Positions 37,742 to 47,831 of a stretch of DNA of 64,000 nucleotides are shown one piece after another. Position 1 is the stretch's first letter. The number at the start of each line of letters is the position of its first letter. The stretch covers positions 12,148 to 76,147 of the forward strand of contig CAJMBK010000002.1 in assembly GCA_905211645.1 (NCBI GenBank), given 5' to 3'. The notes beneath the pieces are model-generated. The model was not told where the DNA came from. It saw nothing but the letters and a program-made list of their open reading frames with translations, and made no database searches. A program made the position numbers and the translations under genes. This stretch comes from an uncultured Bacillales bacterium (GTDB lineage Bacteria; Bacillota_I; Bacilli_A; RFN20; CAG-288).

Positions 37742-38353
37742 ATAAGAAAAGATTTTTCAACGGGGACTAATCCTCACGATTTTGTTTCGCTTAAATATAA
37801 ATATACAAAACTTGATGATCTTGTTATTCTAGCTAGACAAGATCAAGAAGCAAATAATGAACTTTATAATAGATTACAACCAATAATTGACCGTTATATT
37901 TATAATGCAATTAAAGACAATCCATTTTTGGAAGAAAGTGATTGTTACAAAAAACTTACTGACATCATTGAATACACTAAGAGAAAATATTCACCAAATA
38001 TCGGCTCATTTATCCATTTTCTTAGAAGAAATATCAAACATTTCTTCTCCTGTTTTATTACGTCAAAATTAAGAAATTATATTTTTTTAAAAGATAAGGT
38101 AGAAGTAAAGCAGGATTTGAATGAGTATGTTTACAAACCGAGTAGCTTAGATGAAATTAAAACTGATTGTGATGTCATGTATGCTTTCGAAGAAGTTAAT
38201 AAATATTTCGGCAAAAGATTCACCGATATTTTCATGGAATATATCTCTGGAATGAATAAGTATGAGATTTGCCAGAAGTACGATATTTCTCATTACATTT
38301 TGAATAAGAAAATTAATGATATTCAAACATTCTTATACAACAAAATGAAGTAA
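37742..38353 (+). CDS. SigH-like alternative sigma factor (sigma-70 regions 2 and 4); no canonical start codon, candidate AUA start
   Basis: The frame is open from just after TAG 37739-41 to the stop at 38353. The region upstream of the ORF-track TTG (37928) encodes …KLDDLVILARQDQEANNELYNRLQPIIDRYIYNAIKDNPF…, which is region-2-like. The C-terminus …EYISGMNKYEICQKYDISHYILNKKINDIQTFL is SigH region 4.2-like. SD GGAAAGGGG sits 7 nt before ATA 37742. Confidence 0.55.
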   Translation: MRKDFSTGTNPHDFVSLKYKYTKLDDLVILARQDQEANNELYNRLQPIIDRYIYNAIKDNPFLEESDCYKKLTDIIEYTKRKYSPNIGSFIHFLRRNIKHFFSCFITSKLRNYIFLKDKVEVKQDLNEYVYKPSSLDEIKTDCDVMYAFEEVNKYFGKRFTDIFMEYISGMNKYEICQKYDISHYILNKKINDIQTFLYNKMK

Positions 38354-38758
38354 AGTTTCTTTAATTTCGTTATCGTCATATTTAAATGATGAAACATATT
38401 TAGTAACTTTACCATCATCCACTTTAAAGATTAAGGGAACATAGAAATACTTAAAGAAATTGATATTTGAGATCTCAGATAGTTCATCCTTATAAGTATT
38501 AATCAAATCCTTATTCGATGAGTTCTTGAAGTTTTCTAAATCAATCTTGAATAAAGATGAATTAACATCAAAGACTAATTCTTCCAAAGCTGAATTTACT
38601 TTCTTACAGATTGGACAGTACTTATTAAAGATATATAGATAATAATTATTTTCTTCAATTTCTGAGATATCGTTTATTTCGACAAAAGATGAACTCACAG
38701 GTTCGTTTATACATGATGTCAAAAGAAGTATAGTAGGTAAAATCAATCTAAGTTTCAT
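38333..38758 (-). CDS. thioredoxin-fold lipoprotein (CxxC)
   Basis: MKLRLILPTILLLTSC lipobox and a redox motif YCPICKK. I place the start at ATG 38758 behind AAAGGAGAAAA. The ORF-track start at 38821 is less likely. Confidence 0.6.
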   Translation of the reverse strand: MKLRLILPTILLLTSCINEPVSSSFVEINDISEIEENNYYLYIFNKYCPICKKVNSALEELVFDVNSSLFKIDLENFKNSSNKDLINTYKDELSEISNINFFKYFYVPLIFKVDDGKVTKYVSSFKYDDNEIKETLLHFVV

Positions 38759-38800
38759 AGTTTTCTCCTTTTCATAACATATATCGCATGAAAAGACGAA

Positions 38801-38836
38801 AAAATTAAAAAAGTCGGGCAAATTTTTATCCGACTT
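38801..38836 (-). terminator. rho-independent terminator after pepF
   Basis: AAGTCGG-N12-CCGACTT stem. T-run follows on the minus strand. Confidence 0.5.
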
Positions 38837-38855
38837 ATAGAAACGTTAATTTAAA

Positions 38856-40613
38856 TTACTTATCTAATTCTTCAACGTTGTAAGAATTTAAGACATCCAT
38901 AACCTTGGTTGCAACTTCTTTTTGAGTTGGAGGAACCATTGGGTCGTCAATCTTACAAGATCTGAGCAATTGTTTGTAGACTTTCTTACCACCAGTCTTA
39001 CAGAATTTGAGATATTTTCTCATAGTCTTGTTGGCTTTCTTGCTACCTTCTTTTTCCTTAAGTTCTTCTTGGCTTTCAATAAAGAATTCCAATGCAACAA
39101 CTTGAGCAATTGTGTAGTCAATGTAGTAGAAAGGATTTTCGATGATGTGATGTTGTCTCATCCACCAGCAACCATCTTTAAGGAATTTTTGATTCTTGTA
39201 ATCCATCATAGGACGATAGACTTTTTCAAGTTTTAACCACTCCTTATTTCTTTGTTCAGGAGTCATATTAGGCTTCTTGTAAACGATGTGTTGGAATTCA
39301 TCAACCATTGTACCGTAAGGAATAAATGTTATTGCGTCAGCTAAGTGTTTGTATCTGTACTTATCTGCATCCTTCTTGAAGAACAATTCCATGTAAGGAT
39401 ATGTTAAGAATTCCATGGACATTGAGTGCATTTCGCAGCATTCCATACCTGGGGAACGAAGTGAAGGAACATCGATTGTCTTACCGGCTAAGAAACCTTG
39501 AAGAGCATGACCGAATTCATGGGTTAAAACATCAACATCTCCATCGGTTCCATTAAAGTTGGAAAAGATGAAACTTGTTTTAAGTGCAGGGAAATATTCC
39601 ATGTAGCCGCCACCGGATTTACCTTGTTTTGCTTCAAGGTCAACGCAATTGTGGTCAATCATGAAATCGAAGTAATGGCTGCATTCCTTGTTCAATCTGT
39701 GATAAAGTTTTCTTGCTTGATCAACAAGTTTATCCTTATTACCTTTAGGAGTAGGGTTACCTGATTTGTAGAAGATATTGTAATCATAGAATTGAGTATC
39801 ATCGCCATAACCTAATCTTTCCTTTTGATCGGATAAGACTTTAACAGCTAAAGGAACGATATTTTCTTTAACTTGTTCTCTGTAGTTTTGAATATCTTTA
39901 GCATTCCAGCCAGTTCTACCTAATCTATCATAGGCTAATTGGATGAAGTTACGATAACCTAATTGTTGGGCGATTTCATCTCTGACGTGAACTAATTCAT
40001 CGAAGATATCACCGACTTCTTTCTCGTGTTCTTCCCACCATGATAAGACAATTTCATTAGCTTCTTTTCTGATTAATCTAGTCTTATGAGTTGTGAATTT
40101 ACCCATTTGTGAAAGTGAGTATTTTTCACCTTTGTATTCGATGACTGCAGAACCAATTAGTTTAACGTATTTAGCAACTAAAGAATTTTCCTTTTGTAAT
40201 AAAGGAATAACCTTAGGATCGAATGTCTTCAAAGAAAGTTTGATTTGTTTGATAAATAAAGGAGAGAATTCCTTTTTAATTTCCTTGATAAATGGACTTT
40301 CGATGATGAGTTTATTGATTTGTTGACCTAAATCGTTGATGTAAGGAAGAATTTCATCAAAGATTTCGGAGTATCTTGTGTATTTTTCATCACGAGTATC
40401 GATTGTATGATGAACATAAACTAAACCGTATTGAGTTGATAAAGATTCATCGAGAACAAATGACTCTCTAATAGCAGCGATTGCTTCTTCAGCTGTCTTT
40501 GCATTCTTGAGTTTTTCAATTACTGCTCCGTAATCTTTTTTGAACTCTTCTAAATTAGGTTCGTTTGGTTCGACTTTCAAAAAGTCTTCAAAATTAGGAT
40601 CAAATTTCTGCAT
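38856..40613 (-). CDS. pepF: oligoendopeptidase F (M3B family)
   Basis: 585 aa with zinc-binding HEFGHALQ and downstream E. M3B length and architecture. Confidence 0.8.
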   Translation of the reverse strand: MQKFDPNFEDFLKVEPNEPNLEEFKKDYGAVIEKLKNAKTAEEAIAAIRESFVLDESLSTQYGLVYVHHTIDTRDEKYTRYSEIFDEILPYINDLGQQINKLIIESPFIKEIKKEFSPLFIKQIKLSLKTFDPKVIPLLQKENSLVAKYVKLIGSAVIEYKGEKYSLSQMGKFTTHKTRLIRKEANEIVLSWWEEHEKEVGDIFDELVHVRDEIAQQLGYRNFIQLAYDRLGRTGWNAKDIQNYREQVKENIVPLAVKVLSDQKERLGYGDDTQFYDYNIFYKSGNPTPKGNKDKLVDQARKLYHRLNKECSHYFDFMIDHNCVDLEAKQGKSGGGYMEYFPALKTSFIFSNFNGTDGDVDVLTHEFGHALQGFLAGKTIDVPSLRSPGMECCEMHSMSMEFLTYPYMELFFKKDADKYRYKHLADAITFIPYGTMVDEFQHIVYKKPNMTPEQRNKEWLKLEKVYRPMMDYKNQKFLKDGCWWMRQHHIIENPFYYIDYTIAQVVALEFFIESQEELKEKEGSKKANKTMRKYLKFCKTGGKKVYKQLLRSCKIDDPMVPPTQKEVATKVMDVLNSYNVEELDK

Positions 40614-40630
40614 TGTTTTATAACCTCCTG

Positions 40631-42151
40631 TTATTTCAAATTGTACAATTCAGAGTATTTATTTTCTAAATAATCGAGATAGTCAGTTGGGTCTAATTCA
40701 CGACCGGTAATCTTCTTAATCCACTCTTTTGGTGTTAAATAACTTGCGGATTCGTAGACATTTTCTTTCAACCAGTTGACGATTTCCTTGATGTTATTTG
40801 ATTGAATTAAACCAGGAACATCAATTTCTTTTCTCATACGGTTGTAATACATTGCGTTATAAGCGTTACCTAAAGAGTATGTTGGGAAGTAACCGAAACC
40901 ACTTGACCAGTGAACATCTTGCAAGATACCTTCGTTATCATTTTTAACATCGATGCCAAGATATTCTTTGTATTTCTTATTCCATAACTTATTCAAGTTA
41001 TTGACGGATAAGTTGTTATTTAAAAGTTCTTTTTCAATTTCATATCTAATCATGATATGAAGTGAATAGGTTAATTCATCTGCTTCAGTTCTGATAGGTT
41101 GGAAGCTAACTTGGTTAACTGCTCTGTAGAGTTCAGTTTCAGTGACATCACCTAATTCAACTCTGAAGATTTCATGGAATTTAGGATAGATTAAATGGAT
41201 GAATTCTTTTGATCTACCGATGATATTTTCAAAGAATCTTGACGAAGATTCATCTTCTGCTAAAGATCTGTAACCATCAATATTGTGGTCATACATCTCT
41301 TGTGGAATGGATTGACCAAAAATTCCGTGACCACCTTCATGAATGATTGAATACATGTTTGAAATGAAGTTATTTTCATAAATATGTGTGGTGACTCTGG
41401 TATCGAATTGGCTGATTGAAGTTGTGAATGGGTGTTCACTTTCACCAATACAACCTTTTGTTAAATCAAAACCGATTGTTTCAAGTAAATATTTAGCAAA
41501 TTCAAGTTGTTTTGTTCTAGGAACATATCTTGTAGTGAAATCGGATCTGATGAAGGTCTTAGATTCTCTAATCTTCTTGCATAAAGGAACAATTCTTTCT
41601 TTGAGTTTTTCAAAGAATGGATCGAGAAGTTCTGTTGTCATACCTTCTTCATAACTATCCATGATGTCATTTAATGGATTACCTAAACTTGGTAAGGAGG
41701 ATAATTCAACTTTCTTCTTTGATAATTCAACAATCTTTTTAAGGGTTGGTTTGAAAATGTTGTAATCATTTTCTTCTTTAGCCTTGATCCAAGATGTGAA
41801 TGCACTGTTCATGATGATTGAAAATTGTTTATTTTGCTTAGAAGTGATATTTTTATCTCTCAAATAGCTCTTATTCAATTTTCTAATCAAAACTTTGTCG
41901 TATTCGTTATCACATAAATCGATATTGGCACTCAACTCTTCAATAAGTTTGAAATATTTAGGTGAGTTGCATAATTTGAAGAAAACTTCTTCGATTTCAA
42001 CGAAATCTTTATTGTGTTCTTCCATGCCTGATTGGGGACAAACTGTAGATTGATCGTACTGGAGAACTGAATACATGTGCAAATATCTTTTAACTTTATC
42101 GAAAATTTTAGTTAATTCTTTAAATTTTGAGTCGAATTCGTTTTTTTCCAT
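40631..42151 (-). CDS. M32 metallocarboxypeptidase (carboxypeptidase Taq family)
   Basis: All family motifs are present: HPF (HPFTTSI), DxRxT (DTRVTT), HEGGHGIF, IRxxAD (IRTEADELT) and GxxQDxHW (GILQDVHWSSG). The start at 42151 (MEKNEF…) lies behind GGAGG. Confidence 0.85.
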   Translation of the reverse strand: MEKNEFDSKFKELTKIFDKVKRYLHMYSVLQYDQSTVCPQSGMEEHNKDFVEIEEVFFKLCNSPKYFKLIEELSANIDLCDNEYDKVLIRKLNKSYLRDKNITSKQNKQFSIIMNSAFTSWIKAKEENDYNIFKPTLKKIVELSKKKVELSSLPSLGNPLNDIMDSYEEGMTTELLDPFFEKLKERIVPLCKKIRESKTFIRSDFTTRYVPRTKQLEFAKYLLETIGFDLTKGCIGESEHPFTTSISQFDTRVTTHIYENNFISNMYSIIHEGGHGIFGQSIPQEMYDHNIDGYRSLAEDESSSRFFENIIGRSKEFIHLIYPKFHEIFRVELGDVTETELYRAVNQVSFQPIRTEADELTYSLHIMIRYEIEKELLNNNLSVNNLNKLWNKKYKEYLGIDVKNDNEGILQDVHWSSGFGYFPTYSLGNAYNAMYYNRMRKEIDVPGLIQSNNIKEIVNWLKENVYESASYLTPKEWIKKITGRELDPTDYLDYLENKYSELYNLK

Positions 42152-42224
42152 GTCGAAAACCTCCGGAAATATGTTAGCACATATTAACTTATATAACATA
42201 TTTAGTGGTAATATATTTACACTG

Positions 42225-42245
42225 AAGAAATGCCTTGCATTTCTT
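42225..42245. promoter_or_regulatory. perfect 9-bp inverted repeat AAGAAATGC-CTT-GCATTTCTT just upstream of the DJ-1 gene SD
   Basis: Seen directly in the sequence. Lies between divergent genes. Confidence 0.3.
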
Positions 42246-42256
42246 TGAAAGGAGAT

Positions 42257-42805
42257 ATGATGAAAGAAGTTTTAGTACTTTGTACAAACGGTGTTGAAGA
42301 AGTAGAAATGTTGGCTACAGTTGATATGTTAACTAGAGCTCATGTTAAAGTTACTATCGCAACAATTAACGATAAAAACACAATTGTCAGCAAACATGGT
42401 ATTTGCTTATCAAATTTAGTTTTTGCAAAAGATATCAACAATTTTGATCAATACGATATGTTATTTTTACCTGGTGGTCCTCACTACAAAGAGATTGAAG
42501 ATAGCCTTTTAGTTAGAAAGATTATCAACACTTTCTTAGATAACGATAAATATATCGCAGCAATTTGTGCCGCACCTACAATCTTAGGTAGAATGGGCAT
42601 TTTGGAAGGCAAGAATTACACTTGTTTCACTTCAATGAATGAAGATTTCGACGGTCACTACACTGATGAAGGTGTTACAGTTGATGGTAAATTGATCACA
42701 GGTAAATCAGTTTATTACTCAATTGAATTCGGCTTAAAGTTTGCCGAAGTCTTAGTTTCTAAAGAGGAATTTGAAGCACTTAAGAAACAAATCTATTACA
42801 GATAG
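42257..42805 (+). CDS. DJ-1/PfpI-family protein
   Basis: Nucleophile-elbow Cys in AAICAAP and the class-I glutamine-amidotransferase-like fold. The start at 42257 or 42260 lies behind AAAGGAGA. Confidence 0.8.
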   Translation: MMKEVLVLCTNGVEEVEMLATVDMLTRAHVKVTIATINDKNTIVSKHGICLSNLVFAKDINNFDQYDMLFLPGGPHYKEIEDSLLVRKIINTFLDNDKYIAAICAAPTILGRMGILEGKNYTCFTSMNEDFDGHYTDEGVTVDGKLITGKSVYYSIEFGLKFAEVLVSKEEFEALKKQIYYR

Positions 42806-42833
42806 TTTGTTAGAATAAATTAGTATTTCAATT

Positions 42834-42873
42834 AAGCAATTTAACATTAGTTTGTTAGATTGCTTTTTCTTTT
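42834..42873 (+). terminator. possible terminator after the DJ-1 gene
   Basis: AAGCAAT…ATTGCTT stem with a long loop, followed by TTTTCTTTT. Confidence 0.35.
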
Positions 42874-43000
42874 GGGTACATTTAGATACAATTAAAAAGA
42901 TGTCGTGGTAAGTAAAGTATATTTATATACTTTTGTTAAAAATTGAGCCTTTAAAATTGATAAAATAAATAAGGTTATATTTAGTTTAGAGAGGTTATAA

Positions 43001-45190
43001 ATGAAAAATGTTTTCAAACTAGATTTCTTCGGTAGAAATCTACAAGTTGAAATCGGCGAAATTAGTAAGCAAGCCGATGGTGCAGTTTTAACAAGATATA
43101 ATGACACTGTTATTTTATCCACTGCTTGTGCTGCAAAAGAGCCTAAAGAAGGTACCGACTTTTTCCCACTCACAGTTGTTTACAATGAAAAACAATACTC
43201 AATTGGTAAGATTCCACAAGGTTTCTTAAGAAGAGAAGGTCGTCCAGGTGAACATGCAACATTAACTGCAAGATTAATTGATAGACCAATCAGACCTATG
43301 TTTGCTGATGGTTTTAGAAACGAAGTTCAAATTATCAACGAAGTATTATCATGTGATCCAAATTGCTCACCTGAAATGGCAGCAATGTTTGGCTCTTCAC
43401 TTGCACTCGGTATTTCCGATATTCCATTCGATGGTCCAATCGCTGGTGTCCAAGTTGGTAGAGTTGATGGTCAATTTGTCATCAATCCAACTCAAGAAGA
43501 ACGTGCTAAATCCGATTTGAACTTAACAGTTGCTGGTACCAAGGTTGCAATCAACATGGTTGAAGCTGGTGCAAATGAATTACCTGAAGAAGTTATGCTC
43601 GATGCTATTATGTTCGGTCATGAAGCAATCAAGAAACTCATCGCTTTTGAAGAAGAAATCATCGCACAAGTTGGTAAGCCAAAACGTGATATTCCAGTTT
43701 ATGCAATCGACCCTGAACTTCAAAAAGAAGTTAACGAATTGAATGACAGCAAGAACAGATTGATCAAAGCTGTTTCCATTCACGATAAACTTGAAAGACA
43801 AAATGCAATCGATGATATCGAACAAGAAATTGTCGACATCTATGATGCTAAAGAATATGCAGACGAAAAGACTAAGAAATCCGTCATGTATATGGTTAAG
43901 GATATCTTAGAAACTGTCGTCAAAGATGAAGTTAGAAGATTAATTACAGAAGATAAGGTTAGACCTGATGGTAGAAAGATTGATGAAATCAGACCTTTGG
44001 ATGCTCAAGTTCACTTATTACCTAGAGTCCATGGTTCAGCAATGTTCACCAGAGGTCAAACACAAGTTATCTCCTCTTGTACATTAGGACCTTTATCCGA
44101 TGCTCAAATCCTTGACTCTGTTACTGGTGAACAAGGTAAACGTTGGATGCACCACTACAACTTCCCACCATATGCAGTTGGCGAAATCGGTAGAACTGGT
44201 ACTCCAGGTAGAAGAGAAATCGGTCACGGAGCTTTAGGTGAAAGAGCATTAAGTTACGTTATTCCAAGTGAAGATGTCTTCCCATACACAATCAGATGTG
44301 TTTCTGAAGTTGTTGAATCAAACGGTTCCTCTTCACAAGCTTCAATCTGTGCTTCATGTATGGCACTCATGGATGCAGGTGTCCCAATCAAAGCTCCTGT
44401 TTCCGGTATCGCAATGGGTTTAATTACATCCGGTCCAATCGATGGTAAACATCCTTACACTGTTTTAACTGACATCCAAGGTATGGAAGATCACCTTGGT
44501 GATATGGACTTCAAGGTTGCTGGTACTCCTAGCGGTGTCACTGCCTTACAAATGGATATCAAGATTAAAGGTATCACTAAAGAAGTTTTACAAGAAGCAT
44601 TGGCTCAAGCTCATAAGGCAAGAAAAGAAATTCTTGATGTTATGTTAGCTGCAATTCCAGAACCTAGAGAAGAATTAAGCCAATACGCATTGAAGATGAA
44701 TACCTTTAATATCGATCCTAGCAAGATCAGAGAAGTTATCGGTTCTCAAGGTAAAGTTATCAACAAGATTATCGAAGAAAACGATAATGTCGCAATCGAT
44801 ATCAATGATGATGGTAGAGTTATCGTTTATCACACAAATCCTGAAGTTATCAAGAATGTCACACAAATCATTCAAGATATCGCCAGAGTTGTTAAAATCG
44901 GTGATGTTTTCGAAGGTAAAGTTGTTAGAATTGAACCTTACGGCTGCTTCATCAACTTATTCGGTTCCACAGATGGTATGTTACACGTTTCCAATATGAT
45001 GTACCAAAGAGTTGAAAAGGTTGAAGATGTTGTCTCCTTAGGTGATTACATCAAAGTTGTCGTCATCGGTATCGATGAAGCTGGTAAGATTTCTTTATCC
45101 CACAAGGAATTTGAAGAAAAACCAGAAGGTTATGTTGAAAAAGAAAAAAGAGTCTTTTCCAACAAAGGTAAAAACCACAAATCAAAATAA
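43001..45190 (+). CDS. pnp: polyribonucleotide nucleotidyltransferase (PNPase)
   Basis: 729 aa with two RNase-PH domains, KH and S1. N-terminus [22 protein letters not shown]…. Confidence 0.95.
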   Translation: MKNVFKLDFFGRNLQVEIGEISKQADGAVLTRYNDTVILSTACAAKEPKEGTDFFPLTVVYNEKQYSIGKIPQGFLRREGRPGEHATLTARLIDRPIRPMFADGFRNEVQIINEVLSCDPNCSPEMAAMFGSSLALGISDIPFDGPIAGVQVGRVDGQFVINPTQEERAKSDLNLTVAGTKVAINMVEAGANELPEEVMLDAIMFGHEAIKKLIAFEEEIIAQVGKPKRDIPVYAIDPELQKEVNELNDSKNRLIKAVSIHDKLERQNAIDDIEQEIVDIYDAKEYADEKTKKSVMYMVKDILETVVKDEVRRLITEDKVRPDGRKIDEIRPLDAQVHLLPRVHGSAMFTRGQTQVISSCTLGPLSDAQILDSVTGEQGKRWMHHYNFPPYAVGEIGRTGTPGRREIGHGALGERALSYVIPSEDVFPYTIRCVSEVVESNGSSSQASICASCMALMDAGVPIKAPVSGIAMGLITSGPIDGKHPYTVLTDIQGMEDHLGDMDFKVAGTPSGVTALQMDIKIKGITKEVLQEALAQAHKARKEILDVMLAAIPEPREELSQYALKMNTFNIDPSKIREVIGSQGKVINKIIEENDNVAIDINDDGRVIVYHTNPEVIKNVTQIIQDIARVVKIGDVFEGKVVRIEPYGCFINLFGSTDGMLHVSNMMYQRVEKVEDVVSLGDYIKVVVIGIDEAGKISLSHKEFEEKPEGYVEKEKRVFSNKGKNHKSK

Positions 45191-45215
45191 TTAGTTAATT
45201 AGTATTGTTAATATA

Positions 45216-45243
45216 ATTCGTGTCGCAGGGCACGAATTTTTTA
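45216..45243 (+). terminator. rho-independent terminator after pnp
   Basis: ATTCGTG-TCGCAGGG-CACGAAT followed by TTTTT. Confidence 0.7.
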
Positions 45244-45328
45244 TAAATTATAATATTTATTTTAAATTAACAATTTTCCTAACATATACAGAGTTGTTTT
45301 ACTAAAGTTTGTAATATTATCACTTTGT

Positions 45329-45356
45329 CAGTAATTTTTACTTCGTAAAATTACTG
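45329..45356. promoter_or_regulatory. 10-bp perfect inverted repeat CAGTAATTTT-N7-AAAATTACTG upstream of the 45411 operon
   Basis: Seen directly. A direct repeat TTAATTAGTATT also occurs at about 45196 and about 45383. Confidence 0.3.
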
Positions 45357-45410
45357 CGGAAAGATATTAATCGGCTATTAATTAGTATTAATAAGATAAA
45401 ATATATACAT

Positions 45411-45785
45411 ATGAAAAAGAAACCTATTTTGAATGATTCAATGACTGATGAAGAATATGAAGACTCATATTCTAAAAAGTTAAAAGTTGATATGATTTTG
45501 CGCTATGTAGTTACCGTTGTCATGATAATTACATTGGGCTTAAGTTTAGGTGCTTTCTTTGCACAAAGTGATAATGGTCAACCTACTCCATATATTTATC
45601 TTTCAATCTTTGCATTCATCTTTGCCATAGCTGGTTTAGCTTTAGGTATCGTTTTGATGAAAAGAGATGCAAAATGGAACGGATTGATCCTTGTTTTTAC
45701 AATTATTTTATTCATTCTAGCAGCAATTTTATTCATTACGATGTTGTTCATCGTTGTTATACAAGTAACTGGAGGTGGAGCTTAA
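45411..45785 (+). CDS. small membrane protein (3 TM), unknown
   Basis: 124 aa, hydrophobic. Translationally coupled to the next gene. Confidence 0.55.
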   Translation: MKKKPILNDSMTDEEYEDSYSKKLKVDMILRYVVTVVMIITLGLSLGAFFAQSDNGQPTPYIYLSIFAFIFAIAGLALGIVLMKRDAKWNGLILVFTIILFILAAILFITMLFIVVIQVTGGGA

Positions 45786-45786
45786 T

Positions 45787-47721
45787 ATGAAAAAATCACT
45801 TTTAAGTTTAATTACCTTTTCAACACTATTTTTAACTTCTTGCGATAATACAGTTATGGGAAAAATTAACTTCCATTTCTGCGGTGGTACCCCTGTTGAA
45901 GGTACTGCAACTGAGAATAATTTAACTGAGAAATTCTCTGGTGTTGCAGGAACTGCCGTTGATGTTGATGTCCCAGATTTACAAAGAGATGGTTATGTAT
46001 TTTTAGGATGGTTTGAAAACTGCACCTTGGATACAAGTGAAAATATCTGCACTTCTTACTCAAGTAAGATTGATTTTTCATCTCCAGATTTAAAGAAAAT
46101 TCCTTACACAACTGAAGCAAATGCTTATGCAGTTTTTTCAAAGGAAGTTAGAATTACCTACAATTTCAACCAATCTTCTTACGATAGTTCCATGCCTGAT
46201 GAACTCTATGTTTCCGATGTTGGTTACAAAGGTAAACCTATCCAACTTGATACTATTCCAACTAATCCGGCAAATTTAGTTGAAAACTACAACTTTGTTA
46301 CTTACGAATGGTACACCGATAAGGAATGCACACAAAAATACGATTCAAATGCTTACCCAGAGAAAGACATCACCTTGTATGCAAGATGGCAAGTAAATCC
46401 TAGTGTTACTTTCTTTGCATCAAGTGATGGTAATGGTACTTTTGAAGATGGCTCAAAAGAATTTACAACTATCGAATACGGTAAGGATGAAAAGATTGAT
46501 ATCAATGCAATTCCTACCCCAACTAGAAGTACTGAAGCAGGGCCAAGCTTATTTGAAGGTTGGTACATTGCTACTTTAAATGATGATGGAAGTTACAACT
46601 TCACAGACACTCAATTCACATTCGGTGTTAATACTGTTGGTAGCAACAATTTGTACCTTTATGCAAAATGGTCTGATCAACAATTATTAAATGTTGTCTA
46701 TCCAAATGAAACTAAGCAAATATCTGTTTATGAAAATAAGACACTTAAACAAAGTTTAGCTTTGCTCGAAGGTAAGTTTGATATTCCTGAGATTGAAAAT
46801 ATGACTTTCAAAGACTTCTACTACGAAGATGAAAATAAAGAAAAGCATACTTTCTATCAAGATAGTACGGTTATCACTAAAGATATCACCACAATCTATG
46901 CTAACTACATCAATGATCCTAAAGTTAATCTTTACCTTTTAGTAGAAAATCCAGGTGCTGAAGCAAGTGAAGAACAAATTACTTCAGCAATCTTAAAACC
47001 AGATTCATACTTATTTGAATTCGGTAAAGAAGGTAAACTTGATTTCTACGACAATAATCTATGGAATGCAGTTCTTACATCTAAAGGTGCTGATTATTCA
47101 TCAAAATATTACGTTTATGAATATAAAGTTGCAAAATTAGATGAAGAAGGTAAACCTGTAGTTGATGAAGAGGGTAATGTTACTTACACAGCTATCAGCG
47201 ATGTTGCTGCTTATGTTGGTGAAAGTGATATTAATATTTACGTTTGCGTTAAACCTTATATTTCAGTTACTTACAACAATGAAACTAAACTTTATAAGGA
47301 TGAAAATTTCTTATCCTATTCTTACTTAAAAGATTTGAATGCTGAAGATGACGGCTACTGGTCTTATTTAGTTACATTCACAGACGCAGATAATGTAGAA
47401 CAAAGAGTAGTTTTAAATCAATATTCTCCTTCGTTGAAGTTGGATGATGAAGTTAGTCTTAACTACAATGTCACGATCAATGATAAAGGTTCAACTTTGA
47501 CTGTTGCACCTAAACAAGGTCAAACTGGTCAAACCTTAACTAATAGAGTTGTTTCCAATTCAAGCTTGTACTACGTATATCAAAACGTGAATAGTCAATT
47601 GCTTGAAGGTAATAAAGAAGTTCTTTATTACTCCTATGATGGTTCAACTTACAACTTAATTAGCTTCCCATCAACAATTTCAGCAGATACAACAATCTAC
47701 TACGAAATTATCACTCAATAA
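45787..47721 (+). CDS. surface lipoprotein with Listeria-Bacteroides (Flg_new) repeats
   Basis: Lipobox LFLTSCDN. Repeats end in …GYVFLGWFEN…, …TYEWYTDKECTQKYD…ITLYARWQ and …FEGWYIAT…LYLYAKW. The ATG at 45787 lies behind GGAGGTGGAG, 1 nt after the upstream stop. Confidence 0.6.
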   Translation: MKKSLLSLITFSTLFLTSCDNTVMGKINFHFCGGTPVEGTATENNLTEKFSGVAGTAVDVDVPDLQRDGYVFLGWFENCTLDTSENICTSYSSKIDFSSPDLKKIPYTTEANAYAVFSKEVRITYNFNQSSYDSSMPDELYVSDVGYKGKPIQLDTIPTNPANLVENYNFVTYEWYTDKECTQKYDSNAYPEKDITLYARWQVNPSVTFFASSDGNGTFEDGSKEFTTIEYGKDEKIDINAIPTPTRSTEAGPSLFEGWYIATLNDDGSYNFTDTQFTFGVNTVGSNNLYLYAKWSDQQLLNVVYPNETKQISVYENKTLKQSLALLEGKFDIPEIENMTFKDFYYEDENKEKHTFYQDSTVITKDITTIYANYINDPKVNLYLLVENPGAEASEEQITSAILKPDSYLFEFGKEGKLDFYDNNLWNAVLTSKGADYSSKYYVYEYKVAKLDEEGKPVVDEEGNVTYTAISDVAAYVGESDINIYVCVKPYISVTYNNETKLYKDENFLSYSYLKDLNAEDDGYWSYLVTFTDADNVEQRVVLNQYSPSLKLDDEVSLNYNVTINDKGSTLTVAPKQGQTGQTLTNRVVSNSSLYYVYQNVNSQLLEGNKEVLYYSYDGSTYNLISFPSTISADTTIYYEIITQ

Positions 47722-47729
47722 ATTAAATA

Positions 47730-47776
47730 ATGGAGCAAAAGCCCTGCAAAATCCCGGGTAAATGCTCCATTTTTTC
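47730..47776 (+). terminator. rho-independent terminator after the lipoprotein gene
   Basis: ATGGAGCA…TGCTCCAT stem followed by TTTTTT. Confidence 0.6.
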
Positions 47777-47778
47777 AT

Positions 47779-47807
47779 GAAAAAAGATTGCTGGTTTCAG
47801 CAATCTA
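47779..47807 (-). terminator. rho-independent terminator after the udk-like gene
   Basis: AGATTGCTG-GTTTC-CAGCAATCT stem followed on the minus strand by TTTTTT. Confidence 0.65.
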
Positions 47808-47831
47808 TAGTATCAATATTAATTAATTATT

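Noticed and set aside
42892-43173. 93-aa minus-strand ORF overlapping the pnp start
   Set aside because: Low-complexity translation. It overlaps the strongly supported pnp N-terminus and SD region. Likely spurious.
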